Sequence record: KP869111
Strand: one strand, 5' to 3'
Length of the DNA stretch: 64,000 nucleotides
From: Escherichia coli O157 typing phage 13
A program made the position numbers and the translations under genes. The notes beneath the pieces were generated by a model. That model saw only the letters and a program-made list of their open reading frames with translations, had not been told where the DNA came from and searched no databases. This document shows, in pieces, positions 30,256 to 43,716 of the stretch (its first letter is position 1; every line of letters begins with the position of its first letter).

Positions 30256-30480
30256 TCAGTGTACAGTATTTACTTTAACTCGAACAACAAATCGCTCGGT
30301 CGGTTCACCTACAGGAACAAACTCTACATGATATTCACCTTTGTAACGAGTATTCAGATCATTACGAATTCCTGCGAGTTTGTTGATTAATGTAGGACTC
30401 ATATTAAGTCCCACTAGTTTACGAAGCATTTTGTATGCTTCATCTTCGATTTCATGATGTTTATCGTACATAGTTTTCAT
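30256..30480 (-). CDS. hypothetical protein, 74 aa
   Basis: ORF in the cd-pseT interval. Confidence 0.45.
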   Translation of the reverse strand: MKTMYDKHHEIEDEAYKMLRKLVGLNMSPTLINKLAGIRNDLNTRYKGEYHVEFVPVGEPTERFVVRVKVNTVH

Positions 30481-30651
30481 TTAACCATTCAATTGCCTGG
30501 TCGACGTTATCAAATATACCGCCGTCCAAACGTTCTTCATGCTCATAGTCCAGCACATCAATACCGAACTGTCCATTTACTAAAGGCCAGGCTACAAACA
30601 AATATTCTTTATGCTGTTCGATGGCCTCAATCACTTCATATAATCGTTTCA

Positions 30652-30652
<1 letters not shown>
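30461..30652 (-). CDS. hypothetical protein, 63 aa
   Basis: ORF immediately downstream of pseT. Confidence 0.4.
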
Positions 30653-31716
<1,064 letters not shown>

Positions 31717-31739
<23 letters not shown>

Positions 31740-32040
31740 TATTTATTCCTAAGAAAGTTTCAAGAATACGAATGTTATGCTCGCGCCGGTCTTTATTAAT
31801 TTCAGCAACGTTTTTATTAATTGACGTACTTCTAACGTTTGAAGAAATAAATTTAATCATATGACTTTTGAGTTGTTGCAAATCCAACCCTTTTTCTTTA
31901 GCAGCTTTACGAAGAGCTTTACCTGCTTCATCTAGGGCCTTTGCCGCATCTTTGTCATAATTGACAAGTGACGACGTTCCACGACAGATATCAATATACT
32001 CATCAGACCGTTTGATGTAATTCTCTAGTAATGTTTTCAT
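31717..32040 (-). CDS. hypothetical protein, 107 aa
   Basis: ORF in the pseT-alc interval. Confidence 0.45.
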
Positions 32041-32097
32041 TTAGATTTCCTCAATTATCCATAGGAGCATTATACTCTGCTCCCGAGAGTTTGTAAA

Positions 32098-32322
32098 CTA
32101 TTTTACTAAAGATTCAATATACTCATGAAGAGCTTTAGTCGCTACTGCCCACTTATTCTGATATTCATTTTTCAGATTAGCACGAGACTGAACTAACAAG
32201 CGGTCATTAGTCGGAGGCAAAGATTCTAATCGTTGAATCTGGCGCCCATAAATCATAGCCGCCATTTCAGATTCATAGATAAGCCCTTTAATGTATTCAT
32301 GCTGTTCTTTAGTCATTGGCAT
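32098..32322 (-). CDS. hypothetical protein, 74 aa
   Basis: ORF in the pseT-alc interval. Confidence 0.45.
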   Translation of the reverse strand: MPMTKEQHEYIKGLIYESEMAAMIYGRQIQRLESLPPTNDRLLVQSRANLKNEYQNKWAVATKALHEYIESLVK

Positions 32323-32603
32323 TTTTCCTCTTTTAAACCACTACGATAATAACATAACATAGTCTTCTGGTCATGTATATATCTTTTTACGTCGTTTAAC
32401 CAGATACGAAATTCTTGAGAGTCTTCAAATGGCATTCCAACCCATGGATTACCATCAATAACCTTTACTTGCCATTTCTGGTTATATTCAACAATAGATT
32501 CAGGCCATGGCGGATGTAAAGTTTCTTTAGGGCTTAAGGGCACATCCTGGGCACATCCAGCCAAAATGCCAATAGATAATACAACTGCGATTAATTTAAT
32601 CAT
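32313..32603 (-). CDS. outer-membrane spanin lipoprotein (Rz1-like; pseT.2 position)
   Basis: 96 aa with signal peptide and lipobox LAGC; paired with upstream membrane coiled-coil protein. Confidence 0.6.
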   Translation of the reverse strand: MIKLIAVVLSIGILAGCAQDVPLSPKETLHPPWPESIVEYNQKWQVKVIDGNPWVGMPFEDSQEFRIWLNDVKRYIHDQKTMLCYYRSGLKEEKCQ

Positions 32604-32956
32604 TCTGAGAGCTTCCTGAGGTCTTCTGCAAAGGAATCGAAGGACCTGTTGATTTGTTTTTCGACCAATCCTGGTTTACTTGCCACCACGTTCTTCTTCT
32701 TCGAATCCTTACGGAGCTTTTCATTTTCGGCCTTAAGTTGGTCAACTAAAACACGGTTCTTATAAGTCATTTCTTCGATTGACTGATATTGAACCTTGAA
32801 GTCGTCTAATACTTTAGCATTGTTTTTAGCGGTCTCTTTGACAGAAGCTAATTCAGTATTCAACGAATCAACTTTGTTGTTTAAGACAACTATTGTTACC
32901 GTAGAAACTAGAGCAAAAGCTGCTACTATAGCGTAAATCGGATTTACTTTAAGCAT
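32600..32956 (-). CDS. inner-membrane spanin (Rz-like; pseT.3 position)
   Basis: 118 aa; N-terminal transmembrane helix then charged coiled-coil; overlaps lipoprotein gene by 4 nt. Confidence 0.6.
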   Translation of the reverse strand: MLKVNPIYAIVAAFALVSTVTIVVLNNKVDSLNTELASVKETAKNNAKVLDDFKVQYQSIEEMTYKNRVLVDQLKAENEKLRKDSKKKNVVASKPGLVEKQINRSFDSFAEDLRKLSE

Positions 32957-33444
32957 GTTTTAATAATCCCAATGATTTCATCTCGGGATAATCCATTGAT
33001 AAGAACGGTTTTCAAACCATCGCACTGGATTTTGTATGATTCAAACAATACACACAACTCTTCTGCTGTATGATATGGACTTGAGATTCCGAGACGGTTG
33101 AATTTGTCGGTAAGAGGGTCGCAAATAATGTAGAATTTTATACCTGCGATATGTACGTTTGGTTGACTAATATTAATGAACACATTAGCGTCATATTTAG
33201 TCAAATTGTTTTGAAGAAATTCTACCATGGCATTAACTGCTTCCGGCATTGCTTCACGTTTCTCTTCGGTGTAACGTGTTGAATATTCCTTTTGCTTTAA
33301 CTTCTTTTTAGCATTTTTCGCTAGAGTAGTACGAAGGTCCGTAAGATAACCAACTGCACGGCCTTTCTTAAAGACCCGGATTCCATCTGTAGAATCACCA
33401 AATGCTGCCACAACCATATCGTTAGTAATCAATTGCATATTCAT
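32944..33444 (-). CDS. alc: Alc-like protein (host transcription inhibitor) by position
   Basis: 166 aa ORF between spanins and rnlA, as in T4 (167 aa); early promoter upstream. Confidence 0.6.
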   Translation of the reverse strand: MNMQLITNDMVVAAFGDSTDGIRVFKKGRAVGYLTDLRTTLAKNAKKKLKQKEYSTRYTEEKREAMPEAVNAMVEFLQNNLTKYDANVFINISQPNVHIAGIKFYIICDPLTDKFNRLGISSPYHTAEELCVLFESYKIQCDGLKTVLINGLSRDEIIGIIKTCLK

Positions 33445-33469
33445 AATTTTCTCCTCGTGTTATTGATAA

Positions 33470-33504
33470 AAGCCATAGTAACACCATCCTTGGTGTTTGT
33501 AAAC
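33470..33504 (-). promoter_or_regulatory. early-type promoter (GTTTAC box)
   Basis: GTTTAC, spacer, TACTAT -10 upstream of alc. Confidence 0.5.
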
Positions 33505-33506
33505 CA

Positions 33507-34640
<1,134 letters not shown>

Positions 34641-34655
34641 TCAGTTAGTTTTTTT

Positions 34656-34687
34656 AAATTGTACCACAATCCTTGTGGTATGTAAAC
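34656..34687 (-). promoter_or_regulatory. early-type promoter (GTTTAC box, TACAAT -10)
   Basis: GTTTAC, 18-nt spacer, TACAAT upstream of rnlA. Confidence 0.5.
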
Positions 34688-35097
34688 TACTTTTTCTTAT
34701 GTTGGATATTCCAAGGCGGGTTGAACTTTTTGATAAAAAGCGGTTCTTCAAGGTCCATTGTTGCGATGGTCATTGAACCAAGTTCGTTGGTGACTGAAAG
34801 GTCAAAACATTGGCGGGCCCAGAATTCAACCTTTTTGCCTTGCATTAAGGCATCCAAAATCATAAGTGATTTTCTTGAATCTGAAGTCTGGTCTTTTCGA
34901 TTTATGGCTGTTCGATAGTAGTTAATGCGTTTCTTTAAATTCTTGGTTTTACCAATATACACAAGTTCGTCATCTATAGCAATAGCGTATATGACATTTT
35001 TCTTATTAGGGACATCAACTGTTTTAATTGTTGCATCTTCTAATAGCTCCAATTCTGTATATTTAATAAAGGAATATTCGGCGGCAATATCTTTCAT
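34687..35097 (-). CDS. denA: endonuclease II (GIY-YIG)
   Basis: 136 aa; VIYAIA...YIGKT GIY-YIG motif; T4 position. Confidence 0.85.
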   Translation of the reverse strand: MKDIAAEYSFIKYTELELLEDATIKTVDVPNKKNVIYAIAIDDELVYIGKTKNLKKRINYYRTAINRKDQTSDSRKSLMILDALMQGKKVEFWARQCFDLSVTNELGSMTIATMDLEEPLFIKKFNPPWNIQHKKK

Positions 35098-35105
35098 AAT
35101 AAAGT

Positions 35106-35119
35106 GGGACCGAAGTCCC
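35106..35119 (-). terminator. hairpin GGGACCGAAGTCCC
   Basis: UUCG loop on minus transcript between nrdB and denA. Confidence 0.5.
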
Positions 35120-35123
35120 GTCC

Positions 35124-36299
35124 TTAGAAATATTTTTTGTATGAATTGATTACATTTTGGTCTACATCATTATCAATTTGTGCGACAAGATAAGAACTGA
35201 TTTCAACTTCCTGAGGAGCTGCTTGAACTAAATCGGAGTTCAGATATTCACGAATCCAAGGATACGGATGCTTGGTCGGAGCATCAGTGATTGGGCATGG
35301 CAAACCACACTGTTTCATACGAGACACAGTCAAGTAATCAACAAAAGCACACATACTCTGTGTATTGATACCTGGGCATGTACCTTCTTTAAAGAGGTGT
35401 GCAGCCCATTCCTTCTCTTGACTATTTACTTCCATAAAAATGTCAACTGCTTCTTGTTCACATTCTTTAGCAATTCGAACCCACTCATCGCCATCAGTAC
35501 CAGATTGAAGTTGACGGATAATGTACTGAGTACCCTTGAGGTGGAGTTGTTCGTCACGAGCAATGAACTTCATAATCTTTGCATTACCTTCCATAATTTC
35601 CATATTTTTATGGAAGTTGAAAGTACATGCAAATGATACGTAAAAACGAATAGCTTCTAAGGCATTGATAACATGCAAACAGAGATAAAGAGACTTCATT
35701 AAATCACGCTTGGCGTTAAACATTATTTCTTCGTACATCTCAATATCATTCTGCTGGCATGAGCCTATTGAACACTCATAAACTTCCTTAGCATTTTCCC
35801 AACGACGAGTCTTGTCTAGAACATCATCGTAATATTTACCTATTGATTCGGCTCGTTTCATGATTGCTTCGTCTAATACAATCTCATCAAATACTTTGGA
35901 TGGATCAGTATAAAGATTTCGCATAATATGAGTATATGAACGAGAGTGAATAGTTTCACTGAATGTCCATGTTGCAACCCACGTATCTAATGAAGGGTCG
36001 GAAATCAGTGCCATAAGTACCGCAGATGGGGCCCTGCCTTGGATAGAATCTAATAATGATTGATACTTAAGATTGTTTGTAAAAATGTCCTGTTGGAACT
36101 GAGGAAGCTTATTGAACTGTGCAGAGTCCAACATCAAGTTTACCTCTTCGGGGCGCCAGAAAAATGACAAGGATTTTTCTATAAGTTCTTCAAAAACTTT
36201 ATGTCGTTGAATATCGTAACGTGCAAGACCAAGACCGGAACCAAAGAACATCGGTTCGTTCAAAACATCGACTTGTTGTGTATTAAAAACTGTACTCAT
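35124..36299 (-). CDS. nrdB: ribonucleotide reductase small subunit, uninterrupted
   Basis: 391 aa continuous ORF with di-iron ligand pattern; no intron. Confidence 0.95.
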   Translation of the reverse strand: MSTVFNTQQVDVLNEPMFFGSGLGLARYDIQRHKVFEELIEKSLSFFWRPEEVNLMLDSAQFNKLPQFQQDIFTNNLKYQSLLDSIQGRAPSAVLMALISDPSLDTWVATWTFSETIHSRSYTHIMRNLYTDPSKVFDEIVLDEAIMKRAESIGKYYDDVLDKTRRWENAKEVYECSIGSCQQNDIEMYEEIMFNAKRDLMKSLYLCLHVINALEAIRFYVSFACTFNFHKNMEIMEGNAKIMKFIARDEQLHLKGTQYIIRQLQSGTDGDEWVRIAKECEQEAVDIFMEVNSQEKEWAAHLFKEGTCPGINTQSMCAFVDYLTVSRMKQCGLPCPITDAPTKHPYPWIREYLNSDLVQAAPQEVEISSYLVAQIDNDVDQNVINSYKKYF

Positions 36300-36353
36300 T
36301 ATATTTTCTCACTTAGTTATAACTCATCCATGAGTAAATTATAATCAAAAGTC

Positions 36354-38609
36354 TTAAAGCTTACAAGCAGAGCAATCTTCAGCTTTAGGTGTTTCTAATT
36401 CGTAGTCATCTGTACCTGACCCATCACGAGTGTTATGATAGTAGAGGTTTTTTCCGCCAAAGTACCAGAAGTAAAGCAGATCGTCAAGCATTACCGACAT
36501 TGGCACTTTACCTTTCTCAAATACTGCAGGGTCATAGTAAGTATTAGCAGAAGCAGATTGGCACACCCATTTCAACATGATAGCAACTTGGGTCAAATAA
36601 GGTTTATTACCTTTCTTAGCAAGTTTCCACGCATAGTCGTAAAGACTCATGTTATGTTCGATATTAGGAACAACCTGTCGGAAGTTGCCTTCTTTAGATT
36701 CTTTAATACTTACTGGACCGCGTGGTGGCTCAATCCCGTTTGTAGAGTTTGATACTTGACTGCTTGACTCACAAGGCATGAGTGCAGACAACGTTGAGTT
36801 ACGAATTCCATGTTCTTTGAGTTCAGCTCGAAGTTCTTCCCAGTCACAGACGTAGTTCGGGGCTGCGATTTGGTCAATCTTTTTATTGTACCAGTCGATA
36901 GGTAATTCGCCTCTAGACCATTTAGTGTCTGAATAATACTCGCAACATCCTTTTTCTTTGGCGAGTTTGATTGATGCTTTGATAAGGCCATATTGCAATC
37001 TCTCAAACAATTCATGAGTCAAATCGTTAGCGTCTTCATATGAAGCGAAGTTAGAAGCTAACCATGCGGCATAGTTCGTAACACCGACACCGAGGTTTCG
37101 ACGCTTTTTAGCTTTTAAAGCTTCTGGAACCGGATAATCTTGATAGTCTAACAGGTTATCAAGTGCACGTACTTGTACTTCAGCAAGTTCATTAATTTTA
37201 TCTTGGTCTTGCCAATCAAATTTATCTAATACAAAAGCAGATAATGTGCATAAACCAATTTCAGCATCAGGACCATTCACATCATTAGTTGGAATAGCGA
37301 TTTCACAACATAAGTTACTCTGACGAATTGGAGCTTTTTCACGAATAAATGGAGTGTAGTTGTTCGTGTTATCAACGAATTGTGGATAAATTCGAGCAGT
37401 ACCAGAGCGTTCAGTCATGAACAATTCAAAGAGTTCTAGTGCTTTGATTCTTTTCTTTCTGATTGACGGGTCTTTTTCAGCTTTCTCATAAAGCTCACGG
37501 AATTTATCTTGATCTTCAAAGAACGAGTAGTATAGTTCGCCTGACATTTCGTGAGGGCTAAATAAAGTAATATAATCATTTTTACCAAGGCGTTCCATCA
37601 TAAGGTCATTAATCTGAATTCCGTAGTCCATATGTCGAATACGGTTTTCATCCACGCCTTTGTTATTTTTCAGAACTAATAGGTTCTCTACTTCTAAGTG
37701 CCACATCGGATAATACGCTGTAGCAGCACCACCACGAATACCACCTTGAGAACAAGATTTTACTGCAGTTTGGAAATGTTTCCAGAATGGAATAACACCT
37801 GTATGTCGAACTTCACCCATACCAATCTTAGAACCTTCTGCACGAAGCATACCAACGTTGATACCAATACCAGCTCGTTTAGAAATATATTCAATAATTG
37901 ATGCTGAAGTTTTGTTAATAGATTTTAACGAATCACCGGCTTCAATAACTACACAACTAGAGAACTGGCGAGTTGGAGTACGAGCACCTGCCATAATTGG
38001 AGTAGGCAATGAAACTTGATGAGTAGAAACGGCGTCATAAAAACGAATAATATGTTTCAAACGGTCATGAGTTTCGTCTTGATGTAAGGCCATGCCAATA
38101 GCCATGATAGCAAACTGTGGAGTTTCATAAATCTTCCCAGTTGTTTTATCTTTAACTAGATATTTTTCTTTAAGCTGCATAGCACCAGCATAAGTCAGGT
38201 CAAAGTCTCGTTCATGTTTAATCTGTGAATCGAGATAAATGATTTCTTCTGCTGAATATTGAGACAACAGCTCAGGGTCATATTTGCCTTCATTAACACA
38301 GTAAGAAATATGGTCGATAAAAGCAGGCGGTTCAAACTGCCCATATACATCTTTACGAAGTGCAAACATTAGCCCTTTGGCGGCGACATACTGATAATCA
38401 GGTTCTTCGACAGAAATCGAGTTAGCTGCAACTTTAATACAAATCTTCTGAATATCTTTGGTGCTCATCCCATCGACAAGATGGGTCTTAATTTCTTCGT
38501 ACAATTCATATGGGTCAATTTGTGTTCCTTCACACTGCCAAGTTAAGACTTGAATAATTTTCTGTGCATCAAAATTTTGGGATACCCCACTGCTCTTAAT
38601 TACTTGCAT
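36354..38609 (-). CDS. nrdA: ribonucleotide reductase large subunit
   Basis: 751 aa; class I RNR motifs including the NLCxE active site and a C-terminal Cys pair. Confidence 0.95.
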   Translation of the reverse strand: MQVIKSSGVSQNFDAQKIIQVLTWQCEGTQIDPYELYEEIKTHLVDGMSTKDIQKICIKVAANSISVEEPDYQYVAAKGLMFALRKDVYGQFEPPAFIDHISYCVNEGKYDPELLSQYSAEEIIYLDSQIKHERDFDLTYAGAMQLKEKYLVKDKTTGKIYETPQFAIMAIGMALHQDETHDRLKHIIRFYDAVSTHQVSLPTPIMAGARTPTRQFSSCVVIEAGDSLKSINKTSASIIEYISKRAGIGINVGMLRAEGSKIGMGEVRHTGVIPFWKHFQTAVKSCSQGGIRGGAATAYYPMWHLEVENLLVLKNNKGVDENRIRHMDYGIQINDLMMERLGKNDYITLFSPHEMSGELYYSFFEDQDKFRELYEKAEKDPSIRKKRIKALELFELFMTERSGTARIYPQFVDNTNNYTPFIREKAPIRQSNLCCEIAIPTNDVNGPDAEIGLCTLSAFVLDKFDWQDQDKINELAEVQVRALDNLLDYQDYPVPEALKAKKRRNLGVGVTNYAAWLASNFASYEDANDLTHELFERLQYGLIKASIKLAKEKGCCEYYSDTKWSRGELPIDWYNKKIDQIAAPNYVCDWEELRAELKEHGIRNSTLSALMPCESSSQVSNSTNGIEPPRGPVSIKESKEGNFRQVVPNIEHNMSLYDYAWKLAKKGNKPYLTQVAIMLKWVCQSASANTYYDPAVFEKGKVPMSVMLDDLLYFWYFGGKNLYYHNTRDGSGTDDYELETPKAEDCSACKL

Positions 38610-38696
38610 ATATTCCTCAGTATAGGTTGATAGACATTACTCCAAACGGGATAGTATTTATCCCGTTAATTTATTATACACTTTTAAACTGAAGCG

Positions 38697-38951
38697 TTAA
38701 TTATCCTCAGCAATAATTTCTTTGTATTCTTTAGGAGTCAAGACCGTAATATCGAAATAAACCAATGGTTCTTTTTCCATACCGTAACCACCACAAAATT
38801 CACGATATTCATAAATTCGTTCATGTGAATAACAAATGAATCGTTCACCTTTAACTGTGATTTCACTATTTGGTGAAGGGATATCCAGTTCACTTGGATT
38901 TTTCATTTCAAAAATTGTGGTGCCATATGAATTAATAAAACGTAAAATCAT
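38697..38951 (-). CDS. hypothetical protein (nrdA.1-like position)
   Basis: 84 aa ORF between td and nrdA. Confidence 0.45.
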   Translation of the reverse strand: MILRFINSYGTTIFEMKNPSELDIPSPNSEITVKGERFICYSHERIYEYREFCGGYGMEKEPLVYFDITVLTPKEYKEIIAEDN

Positions 38952-40635
<1,684 letters not shown>

Positions 40636-40644
40636 TGTATTTCC

Positions 40645-40887
40645 TCAAACAGACTTTTTCACAATTTTCCAATCAGCTTTAAATTGGTCGACATCCGAGT
40701 GATAAATCCAGAATCCGGATGATATACCATCTTCGTAGAGTGGACATCCATCACATTCTTCATTCCATCCCATTTCACGTAAAGCTTCTTCAGCTTGTTC
40801 AAGGAGTTCAGCATCTTTACCAACGACGTTGAAGTACCATTTACCTCTAACTTCTGAATCTTTGATGCTCTGGCGTTGCAATCTCAT
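40645..40887 (-). CDS. hypothetical protein (frd.2-like position)
   Basis: 80 aa ORF downstream of early promoter cassette. Confidence 0.45.
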   Translation of the reverse strand: MRLQRQSIKDSEVRGKWYFNVVGKDAELLEQAEEALREMGWNEECDGCPLYEDGISSGFWIYHSDVDQFKADWKIVKKSV

Positions 40888-40912
40888 TTTATTCTCCTCT
40901 TCACTTTTATTT

Positions 40913-40951
40913 GATAGGACTACTATAACATAGCCCTATCTTGTTATAAAC
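40913..40951 (-). promoter_or_regulatory. early promoter cassette with near-palindromic 28-mer (PeSL-like)
   Basis: GTTTAT -35, TATAGT -10; 28-mer at 40913-40940 is the exact reverse complement of 45597-45624. Confidence 0.55.
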
Positions 40952-41343
40952 TACTTTTTAAAAGTTTTTTGCAAAAGTTTGATGATTTCGTCGACGTTGG
41001 TTTCATCTACGATACAATGGATTTTTGTTACACCTAAAGTTATACCTTCGTTAGTAGGTTGAGGCTTTACTAAATCTACCTCAGTAAAGTATTTGAACTC
41101 GTCAGGATAAATCTCAAAATAAGTTTCAATTTCACCACCGGCAGAACATACAGTACCATCTTCCATAGTTACACTTACTACGTTTGACATATCGCTATCA
41201 TAATCAGGTTCCATTCCGTTTACAACAAAACTAGGCCCGTGGAGTTCAATCAATTTTAACATCTTAGCGTTATTGTGTGGTGCTTCTTGAACAAAGTCAT
41301 CTTTAAATAAAGGGTTAATGATATAAGATTTTCCGATTTCCAT
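40951..41343 (-). CDS. hypothetical protein (frd.3-like position)
   Basis: 130 aa ORF. Confidence 0.5.
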   Translation of the reverse strand: MEIGKSYIINPLFKDDFVQEAPHNNAKMLKLIELHGPSFVVNGMEPDYDSDMSNVVSVTMEDGTVCSAGGEIETYFEIYPDEFKYFTEVDLVKPQPTNEGITLGVTKIHCIVDETNVDEIIKLLQKTFKK

Positions 41344-41367
41344 TTTGATTTCCTCATGTTGTTGATA

Positions 41368-41401
41368 AGTCTATACTAACACATCCAGGGAAGAAGTAAA
41401 C
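41368..41401 (-). promoter_or_regulatory. early-type promoter (GTTTAC box)
   Basis: GTTTAC, 17-nt spacer, TAGTAT -10, GAGGAA Shine-Dalgarno. Confidence 0.5.
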
Positions 41402-41433
41402 AACTTTTTTTGGCAATTTACAGATACTCAAAA

Positions 41434-41451
41434 GGGAGACCGAAGTCTCCC
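41434..41451 (-). terminator. hairpin GGGAGACCGAAGTCTCCC after gene 32
   Basis: identical 18-mer to 26450 and 62212. Confidence 0.65.
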
Positions 41452-41457
41452 AATTTA

Positions 41458-42357
41458 TTATAGACCAGCTAACAGGTCATCGAGGTCGCCATCGTCAGAA
41501 GACGAGGAACTCATGAAGTCATCTTCAGTTTTTGCAGAACTAAAGGCTTCCATGTCTTTATCAAAATCGTCAAGGTCAGAAGCAACTTTATCTGCAACAG
41601 AAGCTGCGGCAGCTGCTGCACCGCCCAGAGCGGCAGTACCAAGAACTTGATTAAATTTAGTATTCAATTCTTCAAACGATTTGAACTTATCTTTAGAAGT
41701 CATTTCAGAAAGGTCAACCATTTGTTCGAACAATTCTTTCTGGAAAGATTCATCATCAATGTTTGGAATCGCAGATTGATTCAGGAATTTAGATTCGTCG
41801 TAGTTACTGAAACCAGAAACCTGTTTAACTTTCAGCACAAAGTTAGCACCTTCCCATGGGCAAGTTACATCAACAGGAGTTTCACCCATTTCAGTATCAA
41901 CTGCAATCATTGCATTGATTTTGTCCCAAATCTTTTTACCAAAACGGTATTTGAATACTTTACCTTCATTATCTGGAGCTTGAGGGTCTTTAACAACCAG
42001 AATATTAGCCCAATAAGAAGTTTTACGTTTCAGTTGAGAATATTCAGTTTTGTTGGTATTGTACAGGTCATTTTTACTAATGTACTGACATACAGGACAA
42101 GAGTCATAATCGCCGTGTGTAGATGAACAGGTTTCAATATACCATTTGCCATTTTTCTTGAACCCGTGGTTAACAAGAATTGCAAATGGAAGTGCGTCAT
42201 CTGTTTTTGCCGGCAGGAAACGAATTACCGCTTGACCATTACCGGATGCGTCGAGTTTCAGCTTCCATTCACCTTTATCTTCTGAAGAGAAACCTTTGTT
42301 ACCATTCAGTTTAGCCATCTGAGCAGCGAGGTCAGCAGTAGATTTACGTTTAAACAT
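41458..42357 (-). CDS. 32: single-stranded DNA-binding protein gp32
   Basis: 299 aa; matches T4 gp32 including acidic C-terminal tail. Confidence 0.95.
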   Translation of the reverse strand: MFKRKSTADLAAQMAKLNGNKGFSSEDKGEWKLKLDASGNGQAVIRFLPAKTDDALPFAILVNHGFKKNGKWYIETCSSTHGDYDSCPVCQYISKNDLYNTNKTEYSQLKRKTSYWANILVVKDPQAPDNEGKVFKYRFGKKIWDKINAMIAVDTEMGETPVDVTCPWEGANFVLKVKQVSGFSNYDESKFLNQSAIPNIDDESFQKELFEQMVDLSEMTSKDKFKSFEELNTKFNQVLGTAALGGAAAAAASVADKVASDLDDFDKDMEAFSSAKTEDDFMSSSSSDDGDLDDLLAGL

Positions 42358-42426
42358 TATATTTACCTTTATTTAGATTATTTAATTTATTTACAGTTGG
42401 TTGCTACGACACTTATACCTCGTAGC
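42358..42426 (-). promoter_or_regulatory. gene 32 translational operator (A/U-rich leader plus upstream hairpin)
   Basis: repeated UAAAU units before the AUG and a GCUACGA/UCGUAGC stem upstream, as expected for gp32 autoregulation. Confidence 0.4.
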
Positions 42427-42436
42427 TGGTATGTTT

Positions 42437-42444
42437 TATTTATA
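42437..42444 (-). promoter_or_regulatory. late promoter (TATAAATA on minus strand) upstream of gene 32
   Basis: exact reverse-complement TATAAATA. Confidence 0.4.
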
Positions 42445-42473
42445 CGGTAATTCTAACATAGATAAAATAAAGC

Positions 42474-43127
42474 TTAATACTTACATGATTTGATTGTTTC
42501 TATGAACAATTTCTTAGCAGCATTTCCATCGATTTGAAGTATTTTTCGATATGCCTTTAATTTAGTAGAATAATTTTGCCAGACTAAGTTATCGGTGAGT
42601 TCGTCGTGCTTATCTATAATATTCAAAAATGAGTCCAACAATAAGAAAGTCTCAAATGAAATTATATTGCTTTGTAGCAATTTGAATATGTAGCTCGTCT
42701 GAACGTTGTTATTATAATCAAATATCTCTTGAAGCGCACTAACTTCAACTTTCTTACTGAAATAGTAGATGTTACGTACGTCTTCAGCAAACGTCTCTTT
42801 AGCTTGTTTGAGACGTCCAATATATTCCCTATAGAAAACTAATGCATCAGCGTCTGATATCTCACCAATCCATGCGTCTTGGTTAGCAACTAAGTTGCTT
42901 ATGAATATCAAGGTGAGTTCCTTCAATTTATATTTCTCTGCTAGTTTTTCAAAGAAATATTTATCTCGGCGTTTTTGATACGCATTATCCGAAACACGCA
43001 TGCACCAGTTATATTTGATTACGTCATACCGACCATTAAAATGTTGTTTGCACATCAAGTATAGTTTGTATACCGATTTTCCGTTAATATAACGTTCTCC
43101 ATCAGGAGGCATGCGTATTTTAATCAT
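42474..43127 (-). CDS. 59: helicase loader gp59
   Basis: 217 aa as in T4 gp59. Confidence 0.9.
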   Translation of the reverse strand: MIKIRMPPDGERYINGKSVYKLYLMCKQHFNGRYDVIKYNWCMRVSDNAYQKRRDKYFFEKLAEKYKLKELTLIFISNLVANQDAWIGEISDADALVFYREYIGRLKQAKETFAEDVRNIYYFSKKVEVSALQEIFDYNNNVQTSYIFKLLQSNIISFETFLLLDSFLNIIDKHDELTDNLVWQNYSTKLKAYRKILQIDGNAAKKLFIETIKSCKY

Positions 43128-43462
43128 AATAAGAAATCTAACGTATTAGTTTTTTCACCACGAGCAACTGATGGGCGAAGCATGTTTTCGTCAATTGCTT
43201 CGCTTGTAATTTTTTCAACAATTCCTGTAGGAATAAATTTAGCAAATTGTGTTTCTGGAATAGAATTTTCTTCCAAGAAAGCAGTTGTTGCTTCTAAATA
43301 AGACATACCAAATTGTTCAACCATGGATTCGATAATGAATCCGTTTTCTTGTCGGTCAAGCAATTTAGCGATATCATCTTTATCGTGTTTTACTGCTAAT
43401 TCTTGTTCAGATAAACCGGCCTCATCAACCGGTTTAATATCACTTAGTGAAAACTGTGTCAT
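43124..43462 (-). CDS. 33: late transcription co-activator gp33
   Basis: 112 aa as in T4 gp33; synteny 59-33-dsbA. Confidence 0.85.
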   Translation of the reverse strand: MTQFSLSDIKPVDEAGLSEQELAVKHDKDDIAKLLDRQENGFIIESMVEQFGMSYLEATTAFLEENSIPETQFAKFIPTGIVEKITSEAIDENMLRPSVARGEKTNTLDFLL

Positions 43463-43709
43463 AAAGCTCGACTACCTCTTCGTTTTCAGCTTCAAATTGG
43501 TCACGAGCGTCTTTATGATAAAGAGCTAACAAACGATTAAACATTTTTCCATCGACGCCAAGTTCTTCTTTAGCACGAGTACGAATGTCTTTAATCAGTT
43601 CATTATAACCAGAAATTTTAAGTTTGTTATCGGAAGCTTCCTTGACTAGTTTAGCCAGTTCTTCACCATGCACATCTTGATTAAATTCAACTGCTTCTTT
43701 CTTAGCCAT
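43440..43709 (-). CDS. dsbA: double-stranded DNA-binding protein DsbA
   Basis: start set at internal MAKKE giving 89 aa as in T4. Confidence 0.75.
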   Translation of the reverse strand: MAKKEAVEFNQDVHGEELAKLVKEASDNKLKISGYNELIKDIRTRAKEELGVDGKMFNRLLALYHKDARDQFEAENEEVVELYDTVFTK

Positions 43710-43716
43710 GTTTACC

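Noticed and set aside
38646-38696. Possible middle promoter (CGCTTCA, 11-nt spacer, TATAAT) and hairpin AACGGGATA...TATCCCGTT upstream of nrdA
   Set aside because: The MotA box has a mismatch at a conserved position and the spacer is short; kept as an unverified possibility rather than a feature.
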